DNA from: Reyranellaceae bacterium
GTDB taxonomy: Bacteria > Pseudomonadota > Alphaproteobacteria > Reyranellales > JAQSWP01
Length of the DNA: 48,455 nt
NCBI GenBank assembly: GCA_050185515.1
Contig: JBFWZG010000004.1
Location: forward strand, 1 to 48,455
Direction of reading: 5' to 3'
In this document: positions 29,093 to 38,963 of the stretch, piece after piece
How the letters are laid out: each line of letters starts with the position of its first letter
How positions within the stretch are numbered: position 1 is the stretch's first letter
Position numbers and translations under genes: made by a program
Notes under the pieces: model-generated
What the model saw: the letters and a program-made list of their open reading frames with translations, nothing else
Databases searched by the model: none
Told to the model about the DNA's origin: nothing

Positions 29093-29821
29093 ATGTCCAG
29101 GTCGTTCGTCGTCGTCACCGTCCTCGCCGCGGTTCTGGCGCTGGCCGCCCAGCCGGCGCCGGCGCCGGCGCAGCCTGCCGCCAATATCGGCGTCGCCGCC
29201 ACCGTGGTCGACCGCATGGAAGGCAGCGCCGGCGGCCAGCGCGTCATCGGCCAGGGCGACAAGGTCTACAAGGACGAGGTCGTGCAGACCGGCGCGCTGG
29301 GCAAGGGCCAGCTGCTGTTCCTCGACGAGACGACGCTGACCGTGGGGCCCAACTCGCGCGTCACGCTCGACCGCTTCGTCTACGATCCCGCCCGCGGCGC
29401 CGGCACGGTGACCATGACGGCGGTGCGCGGCGTGTTCCGCTTCGTCAGCGGCAGCCTGCCCAGCCAGGCCTACGAGATCAGGACGCCGGCCGGCTCGATC
29501 GGCGTGCGCGGCACGATCTTCGAGCTGATCGTCGACCTCGACGACACGGTGACGGTGCGGCTGCTCGAGGGCGGGACCGTGTTCACGACGCTGTCGCGCC
29601 AGCAGGCGGCGCTTACCCGCCCGGGCCAGGTGCTGACCGTGCGGCCGAACAATGGCGGCCTGTCGATCGCCGCCGGCCTGACCGAGCGGCAGACGGCGCT
29701 GCTGGCGCCGATCGTCGATCTCGGCGTCGGCACGCAGACGCCGGGCCAGGACCGGCAGAAGGAACTGCGCGACCAGCTGCGCGGCGGCAGTGGTGGCGGC
29801 GGCAAGCCGCCACAGGACTAG
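29093..29821 (+). CDS. Exported FecR-domain protein (paralogue 2)
   Basis: 242 aa; GGGAGA RBS; signal peptide; GDKVYKDEVVQTG..LLFLDETTLTVGPNS..LDRFVYDP..TPAGSIGVRGT. Confidence 0.85.
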   Translation: MSRSFVVVTVLAAVLALAAQPAPAPAQPAANIGVAATVVDRMEGSAGGQRVIGQGDKVYKDEVVQTGALGKGQLLFLDETTLTVGPNSRVTLDRFVYDPARGAGTVTMTAVRGVFRFVSGSLPSQAYEIRTPAGSIGVRGTIFELIVDLDDTVTVRLLEGGTVFTTLSRQQAALTRPGQVLTVRPNNGGLSIAAGLTERQTALLAPIVDLGVGTQTPGQDRQKELRDQLRGGSGGGGKPPQD

Positions 29822-29840
29822 CCCGGCGAAGGATCCGCGC

Positions 29841-31217
29841 TCAGCGCGCCGGCTTGTAGGCCTCGGCGGGCAGCCAGAGCACGAGATCGGGGATCAGGAT
29901 CGTGATCGTCAGGCCGATGAGCTGCAGCACCACGAACATGGCGATGCCGCGATAGATGTGGACCGTGGTGATCGAGGCCGGCGCGACGGCCTTCAGATAG
30001 AACAGGGCGAATCCCACCGGCGGCGTCAGGAACGAGGTCTGCAGGCAGACCGCGACCAGGATGGCGAACCACACCGGATCGAAGTCCAGCGTCGGGATGA
30101 CCGGCGCCATCAGCGGCAGGATGATCAGCACGATCTCGACCCAGTCGAGAAAGAAGCCGAGCAAGAAAATCACGCCCAGCAGCACGATCAGGATGCCGTA
30201 GCGGTCGAACGGCAGGCCGGTGATGAGGTCGTGGATGACGTCGTCGCCGCCCAGTCCGCGCAAGACGACCGCAAAGGCAGTGGCGCCGATGAAGGCTGCG
30301 AAGATGAAGGCGGTCGTGCTGCCGGTCGCCGTCAGCACTTCCTTCAGGGTCCGGTAGTTGAGCTTGCGGAAGGCGATGGCGAGCAGGGTCGCGCCCATCG
30401 CCCCGACGCCGGAAGCCTCGGTCGGCGAGGCGATGCCGAAGAAGATCGAGCCGAGGACGGCGAAGATCAGGAACACCGGCGGCACAAGCGCCTTGAGCAG
30501 AAGCAGCCAGAGATTGCCCTGCCCTTCCACCATGGCTACCCGGCGCTCCATCGACATCGGCGGCGCCAGTTCGGGGCGCAGGGCCGAGGTGCCGATGACA
30601 TACACGAGATAGAGCATGCCCAGCAGCAGGCCGGGCGACAGCGCCCCGAGGAACAGGTCGCCGACCGACAGATTGAGCTGATCGCCCATGACGATCAGCA
30701 TGATGCTGGGCGGGATCAGAATGCCGAGCGTACCGGACGCGGCGATGACGCCGACCGAAAGCTCCTTCTGGTACTTTTCCTCCAGCATGGTCGGCAGCGC
30801 CAGCGTGGTCAGCAGCACGACCGAGGCGCCGATAATGCCGGTCGAGGCCGCCAGCACGATGCCGATCAACGTGACGGAGATCGCCAGTCCTCCCGGCACC
30901 CGCGCCAGCACCAGCTGCAGCGCCCGCAGCAGCTTGAGCGCGATGCCGCTGCGATCGAGCATATGCCCCATGAAGACGAACATCGGCAGCGACACGAGGC
31001 CGTAATTGGCCATGACGTTGCCGAAGGTGCGGCTGACGACGTTCCGCATCCAGTTGAAGTTGACGTCGACGAAGATGCCGACCATGTCCGCCAGCGAACC
31101 GAGCAGGGCGAAAAGCACCGCCGTGCCGCCCAGCACGAAGGCGAGCGGATAACCGGTGAACAGCCCGCCGATGAAGAAGGCGAACATGCCGATGACGAAA
31201 ACCAGATTCCAATCCAT
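29841..31217 (-). CDS. dctM: TRAP transporter large permease
   Basis: 458 aa hydrophobic; ASGTLGILIPPS, GIASPTEASGVG, QTSFLTPPVGFALFYLK. Confidence 0.93.
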   Translation of the reverse strand: MDWNLVFVIGMFAFFIGGLFTGYPLAFVLGGTAVLFALLGSLADMVGIFVDVNFNWMRNVVSRTFGNVMANYGLVSLPMFVFMGHMLDRSGIALKLLRALQLVLARVPGGLAISVTLIGIVLAASTGIIGASVVLLTTLALPTMLEEKYQKELSVGVIAASGTLGILIPPSIMLIVMGDQLNLSVGDLFLGALSPGLLLGMLYLVYVIGTSALRPELAPPMSMERRVAMVEGQGNLWLLLLKALVPPVFLIFAVLGSIFFGIASPTEASGVGAMGATLLAIAFRKLNYRTLKEVLTATGSTTAFIFAAFIGATAFAVVLRGLGGDDVIHDLITGLPFDRYGILIVLLGVIFLLGFFLDWVEIVLIILPLMAPVIPTLDFDPVWFAILVAVCLQTSFLTPPVGFALFYLKAVAPASITTVHIYRGIAMFVVLQLIGLTITILIPDLVLWLPAEAYKPAR

Positions 31218-31226
31218 GCTTCCGCC

Positions 31227-31748
31227 TCAGTCCCGCCTGTAGCCGAGCAGGAACAGCGCATTCTGGATGGCCACGGAGACGCCCTGGGCCGTTAGCATCA
31301 GCAGCCCGATCGTCAGGAATCCCTTGATGACGTAGCGGGCCGGCAGACCGCCGGGCATTTCAGAACGCTCGTTGAATTCCACCGACTGAATGAAGTACGG
31401 CACCGAGAACCACAGCACCGAAATGGTGAAGGGCAGCAGCAGGACGAGACAGCCGACCAGTTCGACCCAGGCCTTGCCGCGGGGCGTCAGGTTGGCATGG
31501 AAAATGTCGACGCGAACGTGCTCGTTGCGGCCGTAGGTCCATGCCATGCAGAGCAGGAACCCGATCGAGTAGAGATGCCACTGGATCTCCTCGAACTCGA
31601 TGAAGCCGCGATTGAAGCCGTAACGCGATACCACGTTGACGACAATGACCAGCATCAGGATCGGGTAGATCCAGTTCGAAAAGTCGCCCACCCGGGCATT
31701 GACGGTGTCAATGGCCCGGGCGAAGCGATCCAGTCTGGAAAGCGACAT
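31227..31748 (-). CDS. dctQ: TRAP transporter small permease
   Basis: 173 aa, 4 TM; EEIQWHLY, HVRVDIF; between dctP and dctM. Confidence 0.92.
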   Translation of the reverse strand: MSLSRLDRFARAIDTVNARVGDFSNWIYPILMLVIVVNVVSRYGFNRGFIEFEEIQWHLYSIGFLLCMAWTYGRNEHVRVDIFHANLTPRGKAWVELVGCLVLLLPFTISVLWFSVPYFIQSVEFNERSEMPGGLPARYVIKGFLTIGLLMLTAQGVSVAIQNALFLLGYRRD

Positions 31749-31778
31749 GTCTGCCGCTTCGTCGGATTTACGAGGCCG

Positions 31779-32834
31779 TTAGGGAGTGCCCAGCTTGTTC
31801 CACTCGCGAGCCTTGGCGATATAGGCCTTCATATCCTCCCAGACGCGCTTGAAATCGGCATCCTTGGCGGATTGTTCGGCCATGACCTCGTCGGTGGTCT
31901 TCTGCAGTACGGCCATGACTGCATCCGGGAAGCGGCGGATCTGCACGCCTTCCTTGCGATAGAAGTCCAGCGCCGCCGCCTGCTCGCCGATGCCGCGGGC
32001 GATCTCCCACGCCATGTTGGCCTTGCAGGCACCCTCGAAAATCGCCTTCTGGGCGGGGCTGAGTGCGTCCCACTTGTCCTTTTTCATGAAGAACTCGGCG
32101 GTCGACGCTGGCTGATGCCAGCCCGGGAAGTAGTAGTTCTTGGCGACCTTGTAGAAGCCGAGATTCTTGTCGATCGAGGGCATCGAGAACTCGGTCGCGT
32201 CGATAACGCCCTTCTCGAGGTTGGGGAAAATTTCGCCCGCCGGCACGACGGTGACCGAGGCGCCCAGCTTGGACAGAACCTCGCCGCCCAGGCCGGCATA
32301 GCGGATCTTCAGGCCCTTGAAGTCGTCGGCCGTCTTGATCTCCTTGGCGAACCAGCCGGCCGCTTCCGGACCAATGAAACCGCAAATCATGGCGTGGATG
32401 CCGTGCTTGGCGTAGATCTCAGCGAACAGCTTGTTGCCGTTGCCTTCGAGCACCCACGCCAGGTACTCCTCGGTCGTCGCGCCGAACGGCACCGCCCCGA
32501 ACAGGGTCATCGCCGGGATCTTGCCCATGATGTAGCCCGGCCAGCCGTACGACGCATCAAGCGTGCCGCCCTTGACCGCATCGAACATCTCGAATGTCGG
32601 CACCAGCTTGCCGGCCTCGTAGAAGCGGATCTCGATGCTGCCGCCCGACATCGCCATTACAAGGTCGGAGAAGTGCTTGCTGGCCTCGCCAATCACCGAA
32701 AGGTTGGGGTTGAAAGCGGTCTGCATGGTGATGCGGACCTTCTTGTCCTGCGCCTGGACAGGACCGGCGATCGCGACCGCAAGTGCCGCCGCGGATACGG
32801 CGCCGGCAACGAACTTCATCGTCTTCTTCAGCAT
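31779..32834 (-). CDS. dctP: TRAP substrate-binding protein (TakP-like, keto-acid/monocarboxylate-binding group)
   Basis: Start re-called at ATG 32834 with GGAGG RBS; signal peptide; GWFAKEI, KGLKIRYAGLGG, LEKGVIDATEF, YYFPGWHQP. Confidence 0.9.
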   Translation of the reverse strand: MLKKTMKFVAGAVSAAALAVAIAGPVQAQDKKVRITMQTAFNPNLSVIGEASKHFSDLVMAMSGGSIEIRFYEAGKLVPTFEMFDAVKGGTLDASYGWPGYIMGKIPAMTLFGAVPFGATTEEYLAWVLEGNGNKLFAEIYAKHGIHAMICGFIGPEAAGWFAKEIKTADDFKGLKIRYAGLGGEVLSKLGASVTVVPAGEIFPNLEKGVIDATEFSMPSIDKNLGFYKVAKNYYFPGWHQPASTAEFFMKKDKWDALSPAQKAIFEGACKANMAWEIARGIGEQAAALDFYRKEGVQIRRFPDAVMAVLQKTTDEVMAEQSAKDADFKRVWEDMKAYIAKAREWNKLGTP

Positions 32835-33172
32835 GGTTCCTCCCTCTGGAATTCCGGTTTCCGGAATTTTTATATCGACGCTTGAGCGCCGTTCGTTGCG
32901 CAAACTATTGCATCGGCTCGAAGCACGAACAAGTGTTTGTTTGCACAATCGAATTCGGCGGGTTCTGCCCAATCGAAAGGCAGAATCAATGGAATCGCCC
33001 GCCATGGAGCAAGCTTTTCCCGGCCTCCAATGCCGCGCATCGGCATGGCAGCATGGCCGCCGCGTTCCGGCTGACGATACGCCAAACGGGGGTTCCCGAT
33101 AGAAACAGAGGCGGGCCTGCGCTCGAATGCAGCCGCAGGGACGCAAGAAGTGCTTTCGGCGGCCAAAGGCGG

Positions 33173-34306
33173 TCAGATGGTCGGCAGCGCCCGCGAGATG
33201 ATCAGCCGCTGCACGTCGCTGGTGCCTTCGTAGATCTGGCAAACCCGCACGTCGCGATAGATGCGCTCGACCGGATAGCCCTCGACGTAGCCGTAGCCGC
33301 CGTGGATCTGTATGGCATCGGAACAGACCTGCTCGGCCATCTCCGAGGCGAACACCTTGGCCATGGCCGCTTCCGTCAGGCAGGGGCGGCCGGCCTGTTT
33401 CAGTTCTGCGGCATGCAGCGCCATCTGCCGCGCCACGGCAATCTGGGTCGCCATGTCGGCCAGGCGGAACGCCACCGCCTGATGATTGACGATCTCGGTG
33501 CCGAACGCGCGGCGCTCGCCGGCATAAGCGCGTGCCGCCTCGAAGGCCGCGCGCGCCATGCCGATCGATTGGGCGGCGATACCGATGCGCCCGGTCTCGA
33601 GATTGGCCAGCGCGATGCGATAGCCCTCCCCCTCCCCGCCCAGCATGTACTCGGCCGGCACGCGGCAGTTCTCGAAGACGATCTGGCAGGTGTCGGAGGC
33701 GCGCTGGCCGAGCTTGCGCTCGGTCGAGGCGACGACATAGCCCGGCGTGTCAGTAGGCACGATGAAGCAGGAGATGCCCTTCTTGCCGGCCGAGGCGTCG
33801 GTCACGGCGAAGACCAGCGCGAAGCCGGCGATCCGGCCTGAGGTGATGAACTGCTTGGTGCCATCGAGCACGAAATGGTCGCCGTCGCGCACGGCGCGCG
33901 TTCTCAGAGCCGAGGCGTCGGACCCGGCCTGTGGTTCGGTCAGGCAGAAGGCGCCGATGACCTTGCCCTGAGCCAGCGGCACGAGGAACTTTTTCTTCTG
34001 CTCCGGCGTGCCATAGGCGTTGACGGCGGCTGCCACGGGCGAGTTGTTGACGCTCATCAGGGTCGACATGGCGCCGCAGCCGGCGGCGATCTCTTCCAGC
34101 GCCAGCACGTAGGAGACCATGTCGACGCCGGCGCCGCCCCACTCTGTCGGCACCGTCATGCCCAGCAGGCCAAGCTGGCCCATTTCCGCGACGATGTCCG
34201 GCGGAAAGCCGCCTTCGGACTCGAAGCCGTTGGCCGGCGCCAGTCGATCCTGCGCGAACTGCCGCGCCATGTCGCGGATCATGGTCTGTTCTTCGGTCAG
34301 GATCAT
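33173..34306 (-). CDS. Acyl-CoA dehydrogenase (short/branched-chain)
   Basis: [40 protein letters not shown]. Confidence 0.93.
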   Translation of the reverse strand: MILTEEQTMIRDMARQFAQDRLAPANGFESEGGFPPDIVAEMGQLGLLGMTVPTEWGGAGVDMVSYVLALEEIAAGCGAMSTLMSVNNSPVAAAVNAYGTPEQKKKFLVPLAQGKVIGAFCLTEPQAGSDASALRTRAVRDGDHFVLDGTKQFITSGRIAGFALVFAVTDASAGKKGISCFIVPTDTPGYVVASTERKLGQRASDTCQIVFENCRVPAEYMLGGEGEGYRIALANLETGRIGIAAQSIGMARAAFEAARAYAGERRAFGTEIVNHQAVAFRLADMATQIAVARQMALHAAELKQAGRPCLTEAAMAKVFASEMAEQVCSDAIQIHGGYGYVEGYPVERIYRDVRVCQIYEGTSDVQRLIISRALPTI

Positions 34307-34310
34307 CGGG

Positions 34311-34991
34311 CTACCAGGGCAGCGTATCGCCGTCGAAATTGCGGAAGGTACCGTTGTCCTTCTTCGCCAGCCCGGCGATCACCTTCATCATCCCCGACAC
34401 GCTCTGCGGCGGCGTGACGGGCGCCGCCTTGCCGCCCATATCCGTCTGCACCCAGCCGGGATGGAACACCACGCAGATCATACCCTTGCCGGCCGTGTCG
34501 CCCGCCAGGCTCTTCCACGCCGAATTTAGGGCCGCCTTGCTCGAGCGATAGGAATAGCGACCGCCTTCGTTGAGCGCGATGCTGCCCAGGCGGCTGCTGA
34601 TGGCGATCAGCTTCTTCTCCGTGCCCGCCTCCATGTTGGGCAGGAACGCCTCAGCCATCTTCAACGGCGCGATGGTGTTGGTGCGCAGCACCTGCAGCCA
34701 GACGTCGCTTGATATCTGACCTAGCGTACTGGCCTCAGGCCTGGAAACGCCGGCATTGTTGATCAGCACGTCGATCGGCACGGTCTTGAGCTGTTGCGCC
34801 AGCTCGGCGATGTTGCCGTCGTCGTCGACATCGAGGGCGAAGACGGATACGTCGCCGGTCACGCCGTTCAGATCCGCGGCCTTGCCGGGCGAGCGGCAGC
34901 AGGCCAGAACCTTCCAGCCGGCGGCGGCGTACTGGCGGGCGAATTCCAGCCCGATGCCACGACTGGCTCCGGTGATCAGAACTGTCGGCAT
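34311..34991 (-). CDS. SDR family oxidoreductase (CsgA/C-factor-like)
   Basis: [33 protein letters not shown]. Confidence 0.9.
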   Translation of the reverse strand: MPTVLITGASRGIGLEFARQYAAAGWKVLACCRSPGKAADLNGVTGDVSVFALDVDDDGNIAELAQQLKTVPIDVLINNAGVSRPEASTLGQISSDVWLQVLRTNTIAPLKMAEAFLPNMEAGTEKKLIAISSRLGSIALNEGGRYSYRSSKAALNSAWKSLAGDTAGKGMICVVFHPGWVQTDMGGKAAPVTPPQSVSGMMKVIAGLAKKDNGTFRNFDGDTLPW

Positions 34992-34994
34992 GAT

Positions 34995-35378
34995 CTATCC
35001 CTGTCTCTTTCGGGCCGTGACTTCGATCTCAAGCTTGATCCGCGGATCGATCAGCTGGCAGATCAGCGCCGTCGCGGCCGGACGCGCCCTGGCGAAATAC
35101 TGGCCGAACACCGGCGCCAGCGTTTCGAACAGCTCGGCATCGGTCAGATAGTAGGTGGCGCGCACCGCATCGTCGAGACTTGCCCCCGCCTCCTTGAGCG
35201 CCGCCTCGATGTTGCGAAAGCACTGATGCGCCTGCGCCACGGGGTCGTCGTCGATCGCCATGCACGAATAATCGAAACCGGTCGTTCCGGCCACGAAGAT
35301 CCAATCGCCGTCGACGACGGCGCGCGAATAGCCGGCGACCTTCTCGAACGCCGAGCCCGATGAAATCAGCCGGCGCAT
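34995..35378 (-). CDS. RidA/YjgF family protein
   Basis: FEKVAGYSRAVVDG..VAGTTG, RPAAT, KLEIEVTA. Confidence 0.9.
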   Translation of the reverse strand: MRRLISSGSAFEKVAGYSRAVVDGDWIFVAGTTGFDYSCMAIDDDPVAQAHQCFRNIEAALKEAGASLDDAVRATYYLTDAELFETLAPVFGQYFARARPAATALICQLIDPRIKLEIEVTARKRQG

Positions 35379-35381
35379 CGC

Positions 35382-36557
35382 TCAGTTCACGCGTTCGATG
35401 GCGATGGCGGTCGCCTCGCCGCCGCCAATGCACAGCGACGCCACGCCGCGCTTCATGCCGTACTTGTCGAGCGCGTTCATCAGCGTCACCAGGATGCGGG
35501 CGCCGGACGCGCCGATCGGATGGCCCAGTGCGCAGGCGCCGCCATGGACGTTGACCTTGTCGTGCGGCAGGTCAAGCTCGCGCATCGCCGCCATGGTGAC
35601 GACCGCAAAGGCCTCGTTGATCTCCCAAAGATCGACGTCGCTCTTCGTCCAGCCCGTCTTGTCGTAGAGCTTGCGGATGGCGCCGATCGGCGCGGTCGGG
35701 AAGTCGGGCGGCCGTGCGGCATGAGTGGTGTGGCCGTGGATCACCGCCAGCGGCTTCAGGCCGCGCTTTTCGGCTTGCGAACGCCGCATCAGCACCAGGG
35801 CCGCGCCGCCATCGGAGATCGAGCTGGAATTGGCCGGCGTCACGGTGCCGTCGGCGCGAAACGCGGGCTTCAGGGTCGGGATCTTGTCCAGGCGCGCCTT
35901 CAGCGGCTGCTCGTCCTGCGTCACCTGCTCGGACTTCAGCGCAACCGGCACGGTCTCCCTGTCGAACGTTCCGTCCTTGATGGCCTTCTGCGCCCGCGTC
36001 AGGGAGGAAATGGCGAACTCGTCCTGCTGCTGGCGGGTGAACTGGAAGGCCTGGGCGCAGTCCTCGGCGAAGGTGCCCATCAGGCGCCCCTTGTCGTAGG
36101 CGTCCTCCAGGCCGTCCAAAAACATGTGGTCCATCACCCGGCCATGGCCGAGCCGATAGCCGCCGCGCGCCTTTTCCAGCAGATAGGGCGCATTGGTCAT
36201 GCTCTCCATGCCGCCGGCCACCATCACCTCGTTGGTGCCGGCGGCGATCAGGTCATGCGCCAGCATGGCGGCCTTCATACCCGAGCCGCACATCTTGTTG
36301 ATGGTGGTGGCGCCGATGCTGTCTGGAATGCCCGCACCTAGCGACGCCTGGCGGGCCGGCGCCTGGCCCTGGCCGGCGGGCAGCACGCAGCCCATGATCA
36401 CTTCGTCGACCTGATCGGGCGCGACCCCGGCGCGTTCCAGCGCCGCCTTGATGGCGGCGGTGCCCAGTTGCGGGGCGAGCACGTCCTTGAGGCTGCCCTG
36501 GAAGCCACCCATCGGAGTGCGGGCGGCGCCGACGATGACGATCGGATCGCTGGTCAT
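35382..36557 (-). CDS. Acetyl-CoA C-acyltransferase (thiolase)
   Basis: NKMCGSGM, EINEAFA, GHPIGASG, CIGGGEA. Confidence 0.95.
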   Translation of the reverse strand: MTSDPIVIVGAARTPMGGFQGSLKDVLAPQLGTAAIKAALERAGVAPDQVDEVIMGCVLPAGQGQAPARQASLGAGIPDSIGATTINKMCGSGMKAAMLAHDLIAAGTNEVMVAGGMESMTNAPYLLEKARGGYRLGHGRVMDHMFLDGLEDAYDKGRLMGTFAEDCAQAFQFTRQQQDEFAISSLTRAQKAIKDGTFDRETVPVALKSEQVTQDEQPLKARLDKIPTLKPAFRADGTVTPANSSSISDGGAALVLMRRSQAEKRGLKPLAVIHGHTTHAARPPDFPTAPIGAIRKLYDKTGWTKSDVDLWEINEAFAVVTMAAMRELDLPHDKVNVHGGACALGHPIGASGARILVTLMNALDKYGMKRGVASLCIGGGEATAIAIERVN

Positions 36558-36593
36558 TTGCGTTACTCCCGTTGATTCACAGATTTCGTGCGG

Positions 36594-37385
36594 TCAGTCG
36601 CGCCACGACGGGTCGTCCTTGTCGAGCAGACGCAGCAGTGCCGGCCATTCGCGGCCTTCGGTGGTGCCGATATTGGCGGCGCCGCCTTCCCATTGCTGGG
36701 CCGTGTGTTCCCTGATCTCGGCCGGCGGCAGTCGCAGGCGGCCACCAGTCGCCATCATGTCGACCTGCAGCCGGCAGGCCTGTTCGAGATAGTACATCAG
36801 CCGGAACGCCTCCGAGACGCTGCGGCCGCAAACCAGCAGGCCGTGATTGCGCAGGATCAGCACGTTGCGCTTGCCGAGATCGGCAATCAGGCTGCGCTTC
36901 TCGTTCTCGTCGACGGCGAAGCCCTCGTAGTCGTGATAGGCGACGCGCTCGTGGAACTGGAAGCCGCCCTGGGCGATCGGGATCAGCCCCTCCTCGAGCG
37001 CCGAGACCACGACGCCGGCGCGGCTATGCGTATGGATGACGCATTGCACGTCGGGCCGCGCGCCGTGCACGGCGCTGTGGATGACGTAGCCGGCCGGATT
37101 GATCTCGTGCGGCGTGTCCTCGAGGATGTTGCCGGCCAGGTCGATGCGCACCAGGCTCGAGGCGGTGATCTCGGAATAGTAGTAACCGTAGGGATTGATC
37201 AGGTACTGGTGATCGGTGTCCGGAATGCGCGCCGTGATGTGGTTGTAGATCAGGTCGGTCATGCCGAAGCGATGCACCAGCCGATAGCAGGCGGCGAGAT
37301 CGGTGCGCGTCTTCCACTCCGCTTCGGAATAGCGCGCCGCGCCGCTCTTGCCGGCGGCCGCCACGCTCATGCGTGCCTGGCTCAT
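36594..37385 (-). CDS. Class II aldolase/adducin family protein
   Basis: Start re-called at ATG 37385 (GGAGG RBS); NHITARIP, IHSAVH, HTHS, LRNHG. Confidence 0.9.
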   Translation of the reverse strand: MSQARMSVAAAGKSGAARYSEAEWKTRTDLAACYRLVHRFGMTDLIYNHITARIPDTDHQYLINPYGYYYSEITASSLVRIDLAGNILEDTPHEINPAGYVIHSAVHGARPDVQCVIHTHSRAGVVVSALEEGLIPIAQGGFQFHERVAYHDYEGFAVDENEKRSLIADLGKRNVLILRNHGLLVCGRSVSEAFRLMYYLEQACRLQVDMMATGGRLRLPPAEIREHTAQQWEGGAANIGTTEGREWPALLRLLDKDDPSWRD

Positions 37386-37474
37386 TTTGTCCTCCCGCGA
37401 CGTCAGGGCGGCTATGATAGACCCGGTGCCGGCAACGGCAAGCCGTTCCGCCATGCCGCCACCGGAGGACCGCC

Positions 37475-37792
37475 ATGATCCTGGAAATAGCCACGCTAGA
37501 CGTCCGCCCCGGCCAGCGCGAGGCCTTCCAGGCCGCGTTTCGCGAAGCCAGCGGCATCTTCGCCGGCATGCCGGGCTACATTGGCCACCAGTTGCAGGAA
37601 TGCCTCGAGAATCGACACCGTTTCGTGTTGCTCGTGTGGTGGCGGTCTCTGGAAGACCATACGGTGGGCTTCCGCGGCTCGGCCGAGTACCAGCGCTGGA
37701 AGGCGCTGCTGCACCATTTCTACGACCCGTTCCCGACCGTCGAACACTACCAGGTGGTGCTGGCCAACGGCGAGATGCCCCGTTCCGGCTAG
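37475..37792 (+). CDS. Antibiotic biosynthesis monooxygenase (ABM) family protein
   Basis: 105 aa; GGAGG RBS; [41 protein letters not shown]. Confidence 0.88.
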   Translation: MILEIATLDVRPGQREAFQAAFREASGIFAGMPGYIGHQLQECLENRHRFVLLVWWRSLEDHTVGFRGSAEYQRWKALLHHFYDPFPTVEHYQVVLANGEMPRSG

Positions 37793-38961
37793 GCCGTCTG
37801 CTGGAACAGCTCGCGGCCGATCAGCATGCGGCGGATCTCCGAGGTGCCGGCGCCGATCTCGTAGAGCTTGGCGTCGCGCAGCAGCCGGCCGGTCGGATAG
37901 TCGTTGATGTAGCCGTTGCCGCCCAGCAGCTGAATGGCGTCGAGCGCCACCATGGTCGCCTTCTCGGCCGAATAGAGGATGGCGCCGGCGGCGTCGTAGC
38001 GCGTCGTCTTGCCGGCATCGCAGGCCTTCGCCACCGAATAGACGTAGGCCTTGCAGGCGTTCATCGTGGTGTACATGTCGGCGATCTTGCCTTGGACAAG
38101 CTGGAACTCGCCGATCGGCTGGCCGAACTGCTTGCGCTCGTGGATGTAGGGCAGCACCACGTCCATGCAGGCCTGCATGATGCCCAGCGGTCCGGCGGAG
38201 AGCACGGCGCGCTCGTAGTCGAGGCCGCTCATCAGCACGTTGACGCCCTTGCCGACCTGGCCAAGCACGTTCTCAGCGGGGACTTCGCAATCCTGGAACA
38301 CGAGCTCGCCGGTGTTCGAGCCGCGCATGCCGAGCTTGTCGAGCTTCTGCGCCACGGAGAAGCCCTTGAAGCCCTTCTCGATGATGAAGGCGGTGATGCC
38401 GCGCGGGCCGGCGTTGATGTCTGTCTTGGCGTAGACCACCAGCGTGTCGGCGTCGGGGCCGTTGGTGATCCACATCTTGCTGCCGTTGAGGATGTAGCGG
38501 TCGCCCTTCTTGTCGGCGCGCAGCTTCATGCCGACGACGTCCGATCCCGCTCCCGGCTCGCTCATCGCCAGCGCCCCGACATGGTGGCCGGAGATCAGCT
38601 TGGGCAGGTATTTCTTCTTCTGCTCCTCGCTGGCGTTTCGCCGGATCTGGTTCACGCACAGGTTGGAATGCGCAGCATAGCTCAAGCCCACCGAAGCTGA
38701 ACCGCGGCTGACCTCTTCCAGCGCCACGACATGCTCGAGATAGCCCAGCGCCGCGCCGCCATATTCTTCCTCGACGGTGATGCCGAGAATGCCGAGGTCG
38801 CCCATCTTGCGCCACAGATCGGCGGGGAAATCGTTGTCGCGGTCGATATCGGCGGCGCGCGGGGCGATCTCGTCGGCGGTGAAATTCGCCACCTGTTCGC
38901 GGATCGCCTCGGCGGTTTCGCCCAGGCCGAAATCGAAGGTGTTCATCGTGTTGGGGATCAT
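37789..38961 (-). CDS. ivd: Isovaleryl-CoA dehydrogenase (LiuA)
   Basis: Start re-called at ATG 38961; [45 protein letters not shown]. Confidence 0.93.
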   Translation of the reverse strand: MIPNTMNTFDFGLGETAEAIREQVANFTADEIAPRAADIDRDNDFPADLWRKMGDLGILGITVEEEYGGAALGYLEHVVALEEVSRGSASVGLSYAAHSNLCVNQIRRNASEEQKKKYLPKLISGHHVGALAMSEPGAGSDVVGMKLRADKKGDRYILNGSKMWITNGPDADTLVVYAKTDINAGPRGITAFIIEKGFKGFSVAQKLDKLGMRGSNTGELVFQDCEVPAENVLGQVGKGVNVLMSGLDYERAVLSAGPLGIMQACMDVVLPYIHERKQFGQPIGEFQLVQGKIADMYTTMNACKAYVYSVAKACDAGKTTRYDAAGAILYSAEKATMVALDAIQLLGGNGYINDYPTGRLLRDAKLYEIGAGTSEIRRMLIGRELFQQTA

Positions 38962-38963
38962 CG

